A stretch of DNA of 64,000 bases from Ginglymostoma cirratum (taxonomy: Eukaryota), in contig JAHRHZ010000031.1 in the NCBI GenBank assembly GCA_024137785.1, positions 14,094,423 through 14,158,422 on the forward strand, given 5' to 3'. Shown here piece by piece: positions 23,671 through 35,005 of this stretch. Both the position numbers and the translations under genes were made by a program. Position 1 is the first letter of the stretch. Each line of letters begins with the position of its first letter. The notes beneath the pieces are model-generated. The model saw only the letters and a program-made list of their open reading frames with translations. It was not told where the DNA came from and ran no database searches.

Positions 23671-26627
23671 ATTTTGCTATCACTGAAAATTGATAACAGA
23701 AATGCTAGAGGAATGTGTTTGAATTAACATCAATGACTGCAAGATGAAGTTCAATAGTTGTTGGTTTGGTTTCAGAAAGCTTCAGAAAGAATGTCTGTGT
23801 CTCAGTATCTTAAAATACTCCCAAAGGAAAATTAGGCTTTAAAATTGGTTTAAAAGCAATCATTTTTGGATAGCTTGAAAATCCAAGTAGCTTCACAGCT
23901 GAGGCTAATGTCCTAGACTTTTCATATCTTTTAAGTCATTAACTCCAAATCACTCCTGCAAAAACTGAAGAGAAGTAAATGGATAGTGGAGTTTACGTTC
24001 ATACAGTTATTTGTTCAGAGAACTGATGCTAACATTAAAAGGACCAAAAAAAAGCCACAAATTTGGAAGACCAAGTGACAAAGAGAGGAAACAACGAAAA
24101 GATGTTGCGTTACTGCACCGAATACAGGTCTTCGGGTGTGATTGGGAACAAAGAAGATCAAAAAGAGAAAAAGGCAGGGGAATACATGAAAGTGATCCAA
24201 AGTAGGGATCAAGAGATTTGAAAGACTATTGCTACATCATTCTTGTGAGCTTTAGAGCAGACATCTGGAGTTTTAGCTTAATTGCTCATGAAGCATTTTT
24301 GGTATTCTTGTGTGTCATTCCAAATGTAGATGAAGGTTAGAATATCCTCTCACTGTCCAAATAATAACCCAAATTGTACCATCTGAGCAGCTGTCTGTCA
24401 GACTTGGCTACATAACTAGAAACTGTCCTCTGCTTAGACTGATCAGAGAATTGAATGGTTAACTAAGAAGTAGAAGAACCTCTTGTGTTTAAACTTGAAT
24501 AAAGTTCAGTTGTCCTACCATGACTTCCAAAGTTAGCCAGAACTGCAACATCAAAACTTTGTTAACTGCATTAATCTGTATAGAGTCTAGTTCAACCTAA
24601 TAAAAGTTAGAATATAACAGCTCAGACTGATGGTAAAATATTGCTATGCAGTTAAAAATAAACAGCTAATACTGGCCAAAATAGCCTGATGATTACTACC
24701 TTGCCTAGATTGTGAGAGCAAAAAAATGGAGGGGTATTGATAATGGGTCACTCAAAAGGAGAAAGGAAGATTTGGGATTACTGGGTGGGAAAATTAGTAG
24801 GTCGACAGAAATTAGCAAATTAAATGGGCAAGCAATTAATGACAATCGATTGATGGTAAATCATAACTGTCCGAACTTTTCTTTTACATCGTAATATATT
24901 TCACAGTATGAATTACACGATTAAATTCTTAATATTGCTGATTATATAATTGATTTAGTATGCTGTGCTGCACATTCCTACACTTGCAAGTTTGAAAAAT
25001 AGGCATAAATGTGAAACAGATTTGAAGATTACTCTGAAGCATCCTGTAAAAATAGGTGTTTTGCTAAATATAATTCAAAACCTTACAATTCTGAACAGTT
25101 ATTACCAGCGGGGCAGAATCAGACAGCCCCAGCTTTTCTTATTGCTGAGAATGAGTTGTCAATGATCTGATTAAGCTACAGTTTGCTTAGGATACTGCGC
25201 TTAGATTTGTGTGGGAAAGCAAAGAAAATAAGCATGCATAATCTTGAATTACGTTGTGCCCACTGTTGGCTGATGATTGTGAAACAGATGTGACAGTTGT
25301 AAAAATGTTTATTCGCCTGTTGTTTCCACCCTCCCAACTAAAGGAGAATGTGCACTGGTAAATCAAATTGGGTTGGGGATAAATAATAAAGGAACACATG
25401 TAATTCCTAAAAGCATAAAACTTTACTGAAGAATGATGAAAATCACGAAAAGGCAGCGATTTTGTAAAGAAAGCATGTTTATTTTGAGTATATGAAGAAA
25501 AAAATGATTGAAAGTCAATAAAGTGTCTATACATACAATTTCAAAATACTGCATTAAGAAAATTAAATAATGCCGAAATGTGGGAATTTTTGTAACAAAA
25601 GGTGACTAAAAACAAGCGTAAAGCATGCAGTTTTGAGGTTAACAAATATTATAATGGCACATTTGAAGATTTTTAAAATGTCTGGCAAAGGCAAATGTTA
25701 CACTTAATTAACAAAGAAACAATGCACTAACCCTTGGCTGTCAATGCTGTAACTGTAGAGAAAAAAATGTTAGTATTTAGGGTGGTCACTCATTCTCATA
25801 CTAAGCCTCAAACTGGTGCAATCCCAGCAACACAGAAGAACCCTACTCATGGGAATGGGGAATAGGAGACAACCTAGATTCCATCACTTCTTACACCAAA
25901 CAACCTATCTCTCACAATCTCTTGTGCTCCAACAAACAAAACATTTGCCATGGGTCAGGTGCAAGATCTGGCTATTTAAGGAGTCAGTTTCTGAGGACCA
26001 AGACTGGTCTGGTTGTATTCAATTGGTCATTTAACAAATTTAGGCAGATTCTTTTTGATGCACAAGGTATCTTAAAAGCAGTTTAGTTGCTCTCACTGAA
26101 TTATTTCCCTTTTAAAACTTATGTTAAATTTTTCTATTATAGAATACAAAGCTTGTCTCCCTGTATTTTTAAAGTCAGCAATCAATGTGTGTTAGTTTGT
26201 TATATATTTCCATAACATCAAAACTTTTTGAAGACAATATTCCAGAGAAATGAGAAAATTAGAAAACTTAACTGGGTGCAAAATATCTATCAATGCATAC
26301 TTGCCTCTTAAAGAGAAATTTGCTTTAACAAATCATGCCTGTTCAAAGCTCCTATATGTGCCCTTAACTGTTCGTGATAATGGAACAAAATAGATAAACC
26401 ATTCCGACAAATCTACTTTGTTTCCAATACCAGCAGCATTTAATTGGACCCACTATTTTTCAATGTGATTTTTAAAAAAATCTGGCAAGTGCATTGCATT
26501 GGTAAACCAGAATTTATAATTTTTTGAAATAATGAAATCAAATTTACAAAAATGTTTGCCTTATAACAACAACAATTTACTGATTTGTTTTTTGTAGAGA
26601 CACAATTCACTGAGTGACCTGTGTGCT

Positions 26628-26633
26628 TTTATT
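26628..26633 (-). promoter_or_regulatory. Candidate AATAAA polyadenylation signal for the short-tail GPM6B isoform
   Basis: TTTATT on plus about 800 nt past the proximal stop; a second copy lies at 26692-26697. Usage cannot be shown from DNA. Confidence 0.4.
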
Positions 26634-27433
26634 GAACTGAGCACTTGTGATGAAGGCAAAAATGGTAGAAGAAGGGCATCTGATTTGGCATTTTATTGGT
26701 TGTGGTATTTTAAACTGATCAGCCACCTGAATTTTCAAAGCTTCCAAACCATTTACAGTGTAGTTCAAGTTAGTCATCCTGTGGCAAATACACTAATTGA
26801 TTTACCGTTCAGACAAGCCTCACAATTTGGCAATACTGGACGAATAAAGTGGATCTGAAAGAGTCCTTTAAAATGAAATGGAGTTAAGGCAGACTGTGGG
26901 AAAGCTTTGATACAACAAGATTTGCTCCAATAAATTTCTCTTGTGTTTAACACATAAGAAATCAGTTTGGACTTTTTAAAATTTTGTCACCGTTAGTAGT
27001 GAAATTTCTTCATACGAAACCATTGATACATGTTAATTCTTCTGTGTTAAGTCTATCTCATCATCAATTGATAACTGAAACGTGCATACACTTGCAATGG
27101 CATGTGCCAGCAAAAGAATGATTTGGGACCAACCAATAATACATAAACCTTTCTTATCAATGCAATGCAATGCGATCGGCATGAAATAGTGATCCCATAT
27201 TAAGAGACAAAAATAGCCAGACCGTACATCTCTATGGCAGTCATGTTAATTCAAAAAAGACACTAAAAAGAGTGCTGTAAGTGTTGATGCTATATGATGC
27301 TTTCTTGTGCTATTTACAAATTATTCTTTTGTAAAATGCAGATTAATAAGTTCTGTTTTAGTCCATGATGCCAGTGGTAGTTCAAGCTACTCAGTGCGGC
27401 TCGTAGAGCTCTGTATACTGCTTCTATAGCAAC

Positions 27434-27514
27434 TTAGAATTTTGTGCAGCAGTCTTCTCGACTCTTAAACTTCAAAACAGCAAAGTTATATGTGGTAGCC
27501 ATCATGTAGATGAG
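27434..27514 (-). CDS. GPM6B: GPM6B proximal alternative terminal exon (short, PLP/DM20-like tail)
   Basis: tttccttctaccag| acceptor; LIYMMATTYNFAVLKFKSREDCCTKF* (TAA 27436-27434). Confidence 0.96.
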   Translation of the reverse strand, partial: LIYMMATTYNFAVLKFKSREDCCTKF

Positions 27515-29489
27515 CTGGTAGAAGGAAACAGAACAAAGTGATAAGGCAATGCTCACCAACACCGGCACCCCAGACAACACTGCAAATCCACATAAACCCC
27601 TATCAATAAAGTTTGACAAAAATTAAAATCCATTCATTTTGGCAGAAATACCTACAAACAAGAATTTGCCTTTCAATGAATATAGTAACATTTTCAAATT
27701 ATATAGTGCAAGCCCCTAGCCCCAAACAGCTTTTACTGTAAAGCAGTACAAATTGTATTCAACAGACACAATGGGAAATCAAACACCATGTATCATCCAT
27801 TTTGACAGGTCAAGGTGACAGCATTTCAAACATCTATCAAATTGTTCTTACAGTTGTAAAATCGAGATGGTGTTCAACATTTATATTTAGCCCTAAAGTA
27901 AATCATTTTCCTAACTAAATGAATTTGGTTCAGAAATGCTAGATTAGCTGCTGCTCGAGAATAGCAGATCAAAGTTGAAGACACTAAATTCAAACTGCAG
28001 TCTCCACTGATATTCATTTAGAACACAACAGAAAAAAGCACATGTATGAAATTATCCAGTGGTCCCTTTTCAGAGCACTCAAAAACACCCTCAATGGAGT
28101 CAAGGGAAACAAGAGTCGTACAGGTTGAACAGATCAAGTAAAGTTTGAGAAGATAAAATTAAGCTAAACAATAAAATAATCAGTTCTGCTCCACAACATA
28201 TCCCTCATCTGAAGGTGCTTATCTTTAGACTACCTGAGCATCCCCTCAATTTTTGTTGTGAAATACCAAAGACTTTTAGCCAAGTGTTTGTCATGAATGT
28301 ATTGTGTTATTACAATGTGTCATTTTTCAAAACAAATCCAATAAGGTTCAGACCAAAATTAATTTTATATTGTAATAATTATGAATTTAGTGATCATCAT
28401 CCTTATTTCAGTGTTGAAAAATTAAATACAATTACATAACTAAATACAATTGTAAATTGTACAGTTTATATCAAACTTTCAAATTCTAATGAAATGAAAC
28501 AACAATTCTTCTTGGTGTAGCCTTTCATTTATCTAAGTTTTTTTTTAAAATAAATATTGTTGCTTCCCACAACTGTTCTTTACGATGTGTAATCAGTTAT
28601 TATCATGGACTCATCACTGTTAATTTTAATCTTCAGAATGGGTGGGTAATGGCAACTAAAAGAAGGAACAAAAAGGCTACACTAAACAGCCAAGTGCTTT
28701 TAGAGTGCTACGTATGTAACAGGTGAAGCAAAAGCACTTACGTGCACCCTGGATTGCAAAGCTATTTTCTAAATCATGCGTTCACAACTCCTCCACAGCC
28801 ACCAAAAGCTATCCACTTTCTATGTGCAGTCTAATACTGCAGGCCTTGCCACCCAAAAGCCAGCCAGACAGAAACAAGTCCAGAAATTTAAAGCAGGTCC
28901 TTTTATTACATTTCAGCAGAATGTCCAGGGAACCGTACTTCCGGATTTCCCCGCCAATACATCTCACAGCCCACCTCTCTGCAAACACATCCACCAAGTC
29001 CATACTACAGTATGTGTGTGAGAATCCAAATGAGTGGCATGTTTTCAAGGATAAATCATCTCAAGCTTTTCTCGTTTGCTAAATAAATTCTTGCTGTGAG
29101 ATGGAAGGTTGTGAACCTTGAATCTGAGAGACAAAGATTGTGATCTTATGAAACAGTAATTAGAAAGATAGTTGTATGAGAATTGACGAAGGCGTGCAAA
29201 TATGAAGGGCCCTGTGAGGCAAGTATGTTAATTTGACTTCGTGAGGAAAATGAAATGCAGCATCTAAGATGATTATGAGAGTGTATGCAATAGGATTGTA
29301 ACTGTTAGTACATGTGACTGTTTTGCCTGCATACTTCTCAAATTTCTGCAGGTGCATGTTTAAACTCTTAGAGGGCCCTAAATATCTTCAACAGATCTGG
29401 CACATGAGTTCGCTATTTCAGTCATCAATTTCTCTTCCCCTCCAAATAAAGATAGTTCTCTCCTTTATGCAAGGGTATTCCGTATATAC

Positions 29490-29790
29490 AAATGTACAAA
29501 GCAGTAGTAGGCCATTCAGCCCCTCAAGCCTGCTTCACCATTCAATAAGATCACTGTTGATCCGATTGTAACCTCAAACCACATTTCTGCCTTCCCCTCA
29601 TAACCTTACACCTTCTTGCTTAACAAGAATCTATCTACCTCTGCCTTAAAAATATTTAAGAACTCGGTTGCCACCAGCTTTTCAGGGAGAGGATTCCAAA
29701 GATTCACAACCCTCCAGGGGGAAAAAACATCAGCTTAATCTGTTTTCACTGGGCAATGCCTGATTTTTGAACAGTGACCTGTAGTTCCTT
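29490..29790 (-). mobile_element. CR1-type 3' tail
   Basis: aggccattcagcccctcaagcctgct...ctctgccttaaaaatatt; similar tails at about 33250-33470, 39290-39410 and 43515-43900 (all -) and 35745-36060 and 42443-42740 (+). Confidence 0.7.
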
Positions 29791-29928
29791 ATATCCACCA
29801 CAACTGTGTACTCCTGTACACTAAACATTACGTAAAGCAATTTTAGACTGAAATGGTAAATTTTGAATTAAGCAACTCGGAAACAGAAATTAAGTGCACT
29901 CAGTCTAAATAGATTGCACCTTACTCAC

Positions 29929-29994
29929 CAGTGCAATGACAGTAGCACCAGCTCCAGCACAAGCTACGATAAACAGATGATAGGACAAATCAAA
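29929..29994 (-). CDS. GPM6B: GPM6B exon encoding the first part of TM4
   Basis: ttttgttttccag| ... |gtgagt; 66 bp: FDLSYHLFIVACAGAGATVIAL. Confidence 0.97.
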
Positions 29995-30172
29995 CTGGAA
30001 AACAAAAAATAAAATTACCTCATTTTCATCTGCTTTTTGGGCTATCGCAAACATGTTGGATTTTTCAAATTTTTTATGAACAGCATTGAAATAGATAAAT
30101 CTGCCACTGATATTATTTATGTATACCTTTTCAGCACAATCTCTCTCACATGCGAAACAAATGTATATTTAC

Positions 30173-30246
30173 CTCAGATGTGTGGCAGATGGCAGTCAAG
30201 GTTAAGCCACAGGCTTTTCCAGGTGAGGCATTCCAGGGAATGATAC
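30173..30246 (-). CDS. GPM6B: GPM6B extracellular loop exon
   Basis: tttgacag| ... |gtaaat; 74 bp: (G)IIPWNASPGKACGLTLTAICHTSE, PLP-family PWNA-PGK-CG motif. Confidence 0.96.
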
Positions 30247-31397
30247 CTGTCAAATTAATCAAAGTAAAAGTAACATTTCTAGTATTGTGTCAATTAAAAC
30301 CTGATGATTTTCAAATTGCCAAATAAACCCTTCTTGTTTGTGGAAAGATGATAAATTTTTTTTTAAAAAAAAGCCAAATAGTGAACATTGGATTGATCTG
30401 TCGTGTGATTAAACATACAACCTATAACATGTAATATCGGTCTTGCCTTTCCTTGTCCGATAATAAATGCAGCTAGCTATGTGGATGTTTTAACCAACTA
30501 TTTTTCTGAATACTTTACAAAACAACATTAAAAGGTACATTATGTAAATGTTGGACATTAGCTAAAGGGTGGCATCAAAAGATCCAAATCAGGTCTATCT
30601 TAAAGTTGATCCAAAATAGAGAAATTTGAAGAAGAATGGAACTCTGTTCTGTAAGATAGCTTTGCACTGCTCTATGGTTACAGGATAAATAATTGAATAA
30701 TTTACCTGATCCAGTTCAATATAGCAGTTAGAAAGGTACATTTTTAACTGCTGCATAAGCGTATATTTTCAAATGATTTAATTGTAGTCTGAAAGATGAT
30801 TTACTAAAGCATTTGTAGAAAACTGTTGTTAATATCCTCATAAATACCAACGTCAAAGAGAAATTTTCAAAATCTCATGAAGAAAGTTGAGGAAATAGGT
30901 CTGCTGCCAGCTCATTAATACTCTTACCCATCCCACTGAGGCTGTAGACTAAACAGTTTTTTTGTGTTTGGCAGGTATTAGTTGGAAAAAAACACAAGGC
31001 ATGTCTACACCTATGTGTTTTGCTAGATCTGTTGTCATCCTGATCAAGTATGTCCAGACCCGACCACTAACTCCCTCTAATGCTTCCATGAGCGAAAGAA
31101 AGCATGCATGTAGACGCTGCCTTTGTTATCATCCACTTCAAACAGGCACTTCTGGTACCATCCAACCTGCCTCCCTTCACTCTGTCATTCCTGTTCTTAC
31201 AAAAGCCATAAATACAGAAGAGATCATGTCAGCGTCACTGAAGATTAAAACAAATAGAAGCAGAATAATTGTCACAAAAGCTCCAGAAACACAGCTCGTA
31301 TGGAGATGTTTACTGAATCTCCTCATTGGCAGCTGTAATTCAAATTCCCTATACTCTTAGTAAGACAAAATGCCTTCTTAATATTGATGTTACATAA

Positions 31398-31735
31398 AAT
31401 GAAAGAACTTACACTCATATAGCGTCTTTCTCATCCTTGGGACATTCCACAGTATTTCATGCTCAGCACTTTTTGAAGCATGCTCATTGTTCTAATATAA
31501 GAAATATGGCAGCCAATTCATAAAACCATGTCACACAAAGAGCAATGACATAATGATGAGCTAATCTGTTTTTAATCGCGTCGACTGAAGAAGAAATATT
31601 GATGAAAACACGAGGGAGAACTCTCCTGCTTTTATCCAAACTGATGCCATGAACCATCCAACAGAACTGAGGGGTCAGGTCTCTAGGACTTGAACCCACA
31701 ATCTTTTTATAGAAATGAAAGTTATACCATTAAAT
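31398..31735 (-). mobile_element. SacSINE1-like Deu-SINE, internally deleted
   Basis: Reverse complement has B-box GTGGGTTCAAGTCC, a Deu-domain-like catggcatc...gcaggagagttctccctcgtgt and an L2-like tail aaagacgctatat. Confidence 0.7.
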
Positions 31736-32714
31736 CAAAGTAAATGACCCAATATGATATGTAAACCCTAGTGTGTGCACAAAAATCATATCATATAGCA
31801 GCTTCATTTAAACAATTAGTTCTGGTCTGTATCCTTAAGAGATGTTTTAAGAAAACAGCACAGCTAAGACAAAAGGGGCTCATGTTGTTAAATTGTGAAA
31901 TAAAGCTAAGAAAATTGAATCTGCTCTAACTTAACGATGAAAGAGAGAAGAACAGAGGCCACAATTTTTAAATAATGAACAAAATCAATATTGTGGATAA
32001 AAACAAATATTTTGTACACAAGAACATAAGAGAATCAGGGGATATGATTCAGAGCTAAATAAGCAAGCATTTAATCTTGAGAAAATTCTCTCATTGTCCT
32101 TCACTGCTAATGCAACCATTGCACTTTATCAGCTTCAGGTTTGTTCATTTGATCTCCTCATTGGCCTTGCTCCCTCTTCTCGCCACAAATTCCCCATTTA
32201 GCTCCAACTTTCCAAATCGATGTCACGTCTCCTGTGCTGCTGACAGTCCAATTTTCCCATTACCCTCTTCTCACTGACCTGACTCCTAATTCCATGAAGC
32301 TATGAATTTTTAAACCTTATCCACGTTCAGAAAACCCTCCGTGGCCTCTCACATCCAAAATCCCCTCCAAATTATTCATCCTTTCTGCAAATACTCCATT
32401 CTTCCAATATCAGGCGATGGTGCATGGATCTCCCTCCCTACACCCTCGTCCTTTTTTTTTTAAAAAGCAAATAGGGACCGAACTACCAACTGTCTGTAAT
32501 ACATTCTCTAAATCTCCGTTCCTTGTCACTTATCAAAATGCATCTCTTCAACCAATCTTTTGGTCAACCCTTCTAATATTGCATTGCATAGCTCAGGCCA
32601 TTTCCTGCCCCTATTGTTGTTTTCTGTGCTTTAAGTACAGTTGGGGATAATTACCCAAAATTGCCCTATTTCTATAAAATATCAGTGTCCATTGGTAATA
32701 CAAAATTTGAGTGT

Positions 32715-33215
32715 TGCTGGGAAAAGAAAGGACACATTCTTTTCAAATCATTCAGTCTGGCAATCATCAGGATAATTCCAAGAATTCCAAATTAGGGGAA
32801 TACGAACATTTACACCGTATGAGAGGAGAATTTTGATTGCCGAGGAGAATGTACTAGTTAATGATGATTGACAGTTTACAAGCAGATTTTGTTTAAACTT
32901 TAAACCAGGCAAGTTGACTCCTATTAGTTAAGGACTGGAAAATGGTTGTCACCTATTTTGAAGAGTTGAAACAGGTACAGCGTGTGTGTATATGTTCTTT
33001 CTGTCTGCAAAGAATGGGGCCATGTGTATTAAAATATGTATCGTGCAGTACACACAAGTGCATCACATTGTCAGCCTGACCGACAATCTAAATAGGTTAT
33101 CAGCATAAATATTTCACATAGTAAGGTTTATCCAGCAAATGTTGTCCCATTGCAGAATCGCATCCAATGTTGGACACTGTGTTGGAAGATTTGCAAGCAT
33201 GGGGTGTTGGTTACA
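32715..33215 (-). mobile_element. Penelope-like GIY-YIG 3' fragment with terminal repeat
   Basis: Minus reading CDSAMGQHLLDKP ... HGPILCRQKEH, the same family as 2950-4350. Confidence 0.75.
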
Positions 33216-33840
33216 ACAGCCAGAGGTATGCTGATTGATAATGATCTACCATAAGATGTAGGAACAGAAGTAGACCATTCAGCCCATTGCATGTGCTACA
33301 ATATGAGAACATGGCTGCTAATCCCCAACTCCACTTTCCTGCCATATCCCCATAACTATTGATTCCTTTACTGATTAAAAAAATCTGTCTCTCTAGCGTG
33401 AATGTATTTAATGACATAGTCTCAACAACCTTCAGTGGTAAAGAATTCCATAGTTCACTACTCTTGGGATCAAAAATGAAGTAATTTAGATATTGTTAAA
33501 TATGTACTTTTCAGATCAATGCGCTATACATAAATATGTTCTCAATCCATTACATATTTTAGCAGTATTGCCATAGTTTCATAATTTTCATGAAACTGCC
33601 TTGTTATTCTCTTGGAAAACAAAACTCACTAAATTAATCAACAAATTAGTTCATGGGTGTTACTCATAAAATCATAACTACAAATTCAAAGGACCAACTG
33701 GTGATCTTAACTAATAAAACCTAGATCAAGGTCCCCAATTCAACCTCTTAAAGGGTTTTTGCGCTTTCGACTCCATTACTTGTGCTGTTAGTAGGGGAGA
33801 ATTCCTGTCACAAGCCCATACTTTATATAAAGGGGAAAGA

Positions 33841-34110
33841 ATTTTTTTAAAATCAATCACGGAGAGAGGGTGTCATTGGCTAGGCAGCATTTATTGCCAA
33901 TCCCTAATTGTCCAGAGGGCATTTAAGAATCAACTACATCGCTGTGGATCTGGAGTCACATTTAGGCCAGACCAGGTAAGGAAGGCAGTTTCCTACCCGA
34001 AAAGAACATTAGTGACCTTGATGGGTTTTTCCAACAATCAATTCATGGTCATCATTAGACTCCTAATTTGACATTTTTTTTATTGAATTCAAATTCTACC
34101 ACCTGTTGCA
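33841..34110 (-). mobile_element. SINE family B copy
   Basis: tctggagtcacatttaggccagaccaggtaagg core. Confidence 0.8.
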
Positions 34111-34900
34111 GGGAACTCCTCTGAGTGACATTACTGAAAGGTTTGATAAAGCCTCTCCTCTCTCTTTCTTCATTGTAAACAGATGTTATCCTTGTATTAA
34201 GTCATATGGGAAGCTGTTCACAAACATACAGCACTGCAAAACATCAGACCTTTGTAGAGGTCTTTATTCTACTAAGTAATAGATTAAGGAGAAATATATT
34301 TATAGCAATTTATCAGCTGATGGGACTCAATAAAGCAGGAAGGGATGTGGATTTGTAGCGAGCAGGCACACTGGCATTTTTGCTTTTGAGGCACCCCCTC
34401 CCCAACCTCTGGTATTATAAAAATTGCAAGCAGCTGAATATTTTTACTATAAAAACAACTAGTTATAAAATGGAACATACATGTTGTAAAAGGTAATAGT
34501 TCTCAAAGAGTTGATGGGTATAGCTCATGCACATTTAACAATCTGATGCCACAATATCATCTTTTGGTGTAGAAACAGTAAGGCTAAAATGAGATCCAAG
34601 TGGAGCCAGTCATGACATACCTGGTCTCTAACAGTTGCAATTATGCCTAACTAGTTAAGGTTAATTATACTTATGACAATTGTACAATTAACTATACCTT
34701 GATATGTAAAACATATACCTCCTTGTTAAGACTCCCTAGTTATCAATTTTAAAAACTAACAATTAGGCCCTTAGACTCAGCAGAAAAAGGAAGGTTGGTG
34801 GCAGCAAACTACCCAGAGGCGGATATGTCAATATATGTTTTGTTCTTTACTCAATGTGAAGCTGAGCAACAGGTTTGACAAGCTGCAAGGTGTTTTCATG

Positions 34901-35005
34901 TTAGTTCATCAGTCCTGATGAAGGGTCCTGATCCAAAATGTCAACTTTCCTGTTCCTCTGATGCTGCCTGATGTGCTATTGTTCCTCCAGCTCCACACTG
35001 TATTG
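34901..35005 (+). mobile_element. Short Penelope terminal-repeat insertion with 13-bp TSD and decayed hammerhead
   Basis: aggtgttttcatg at 34888-34900 and 35006-35018; gtc-CTGATGA-agggtcctgatcc-AAAA-t-GTC-aac. Confidence 0.8.

Noticed and set aside
28692-28739. Hairpin with an AAGTGCT (miR-17/miR-430-like) seed as a possible miRNA
   Set aside because: The stem is only 10 bp with a 28-nt loop, far short of a pre-miRNA.
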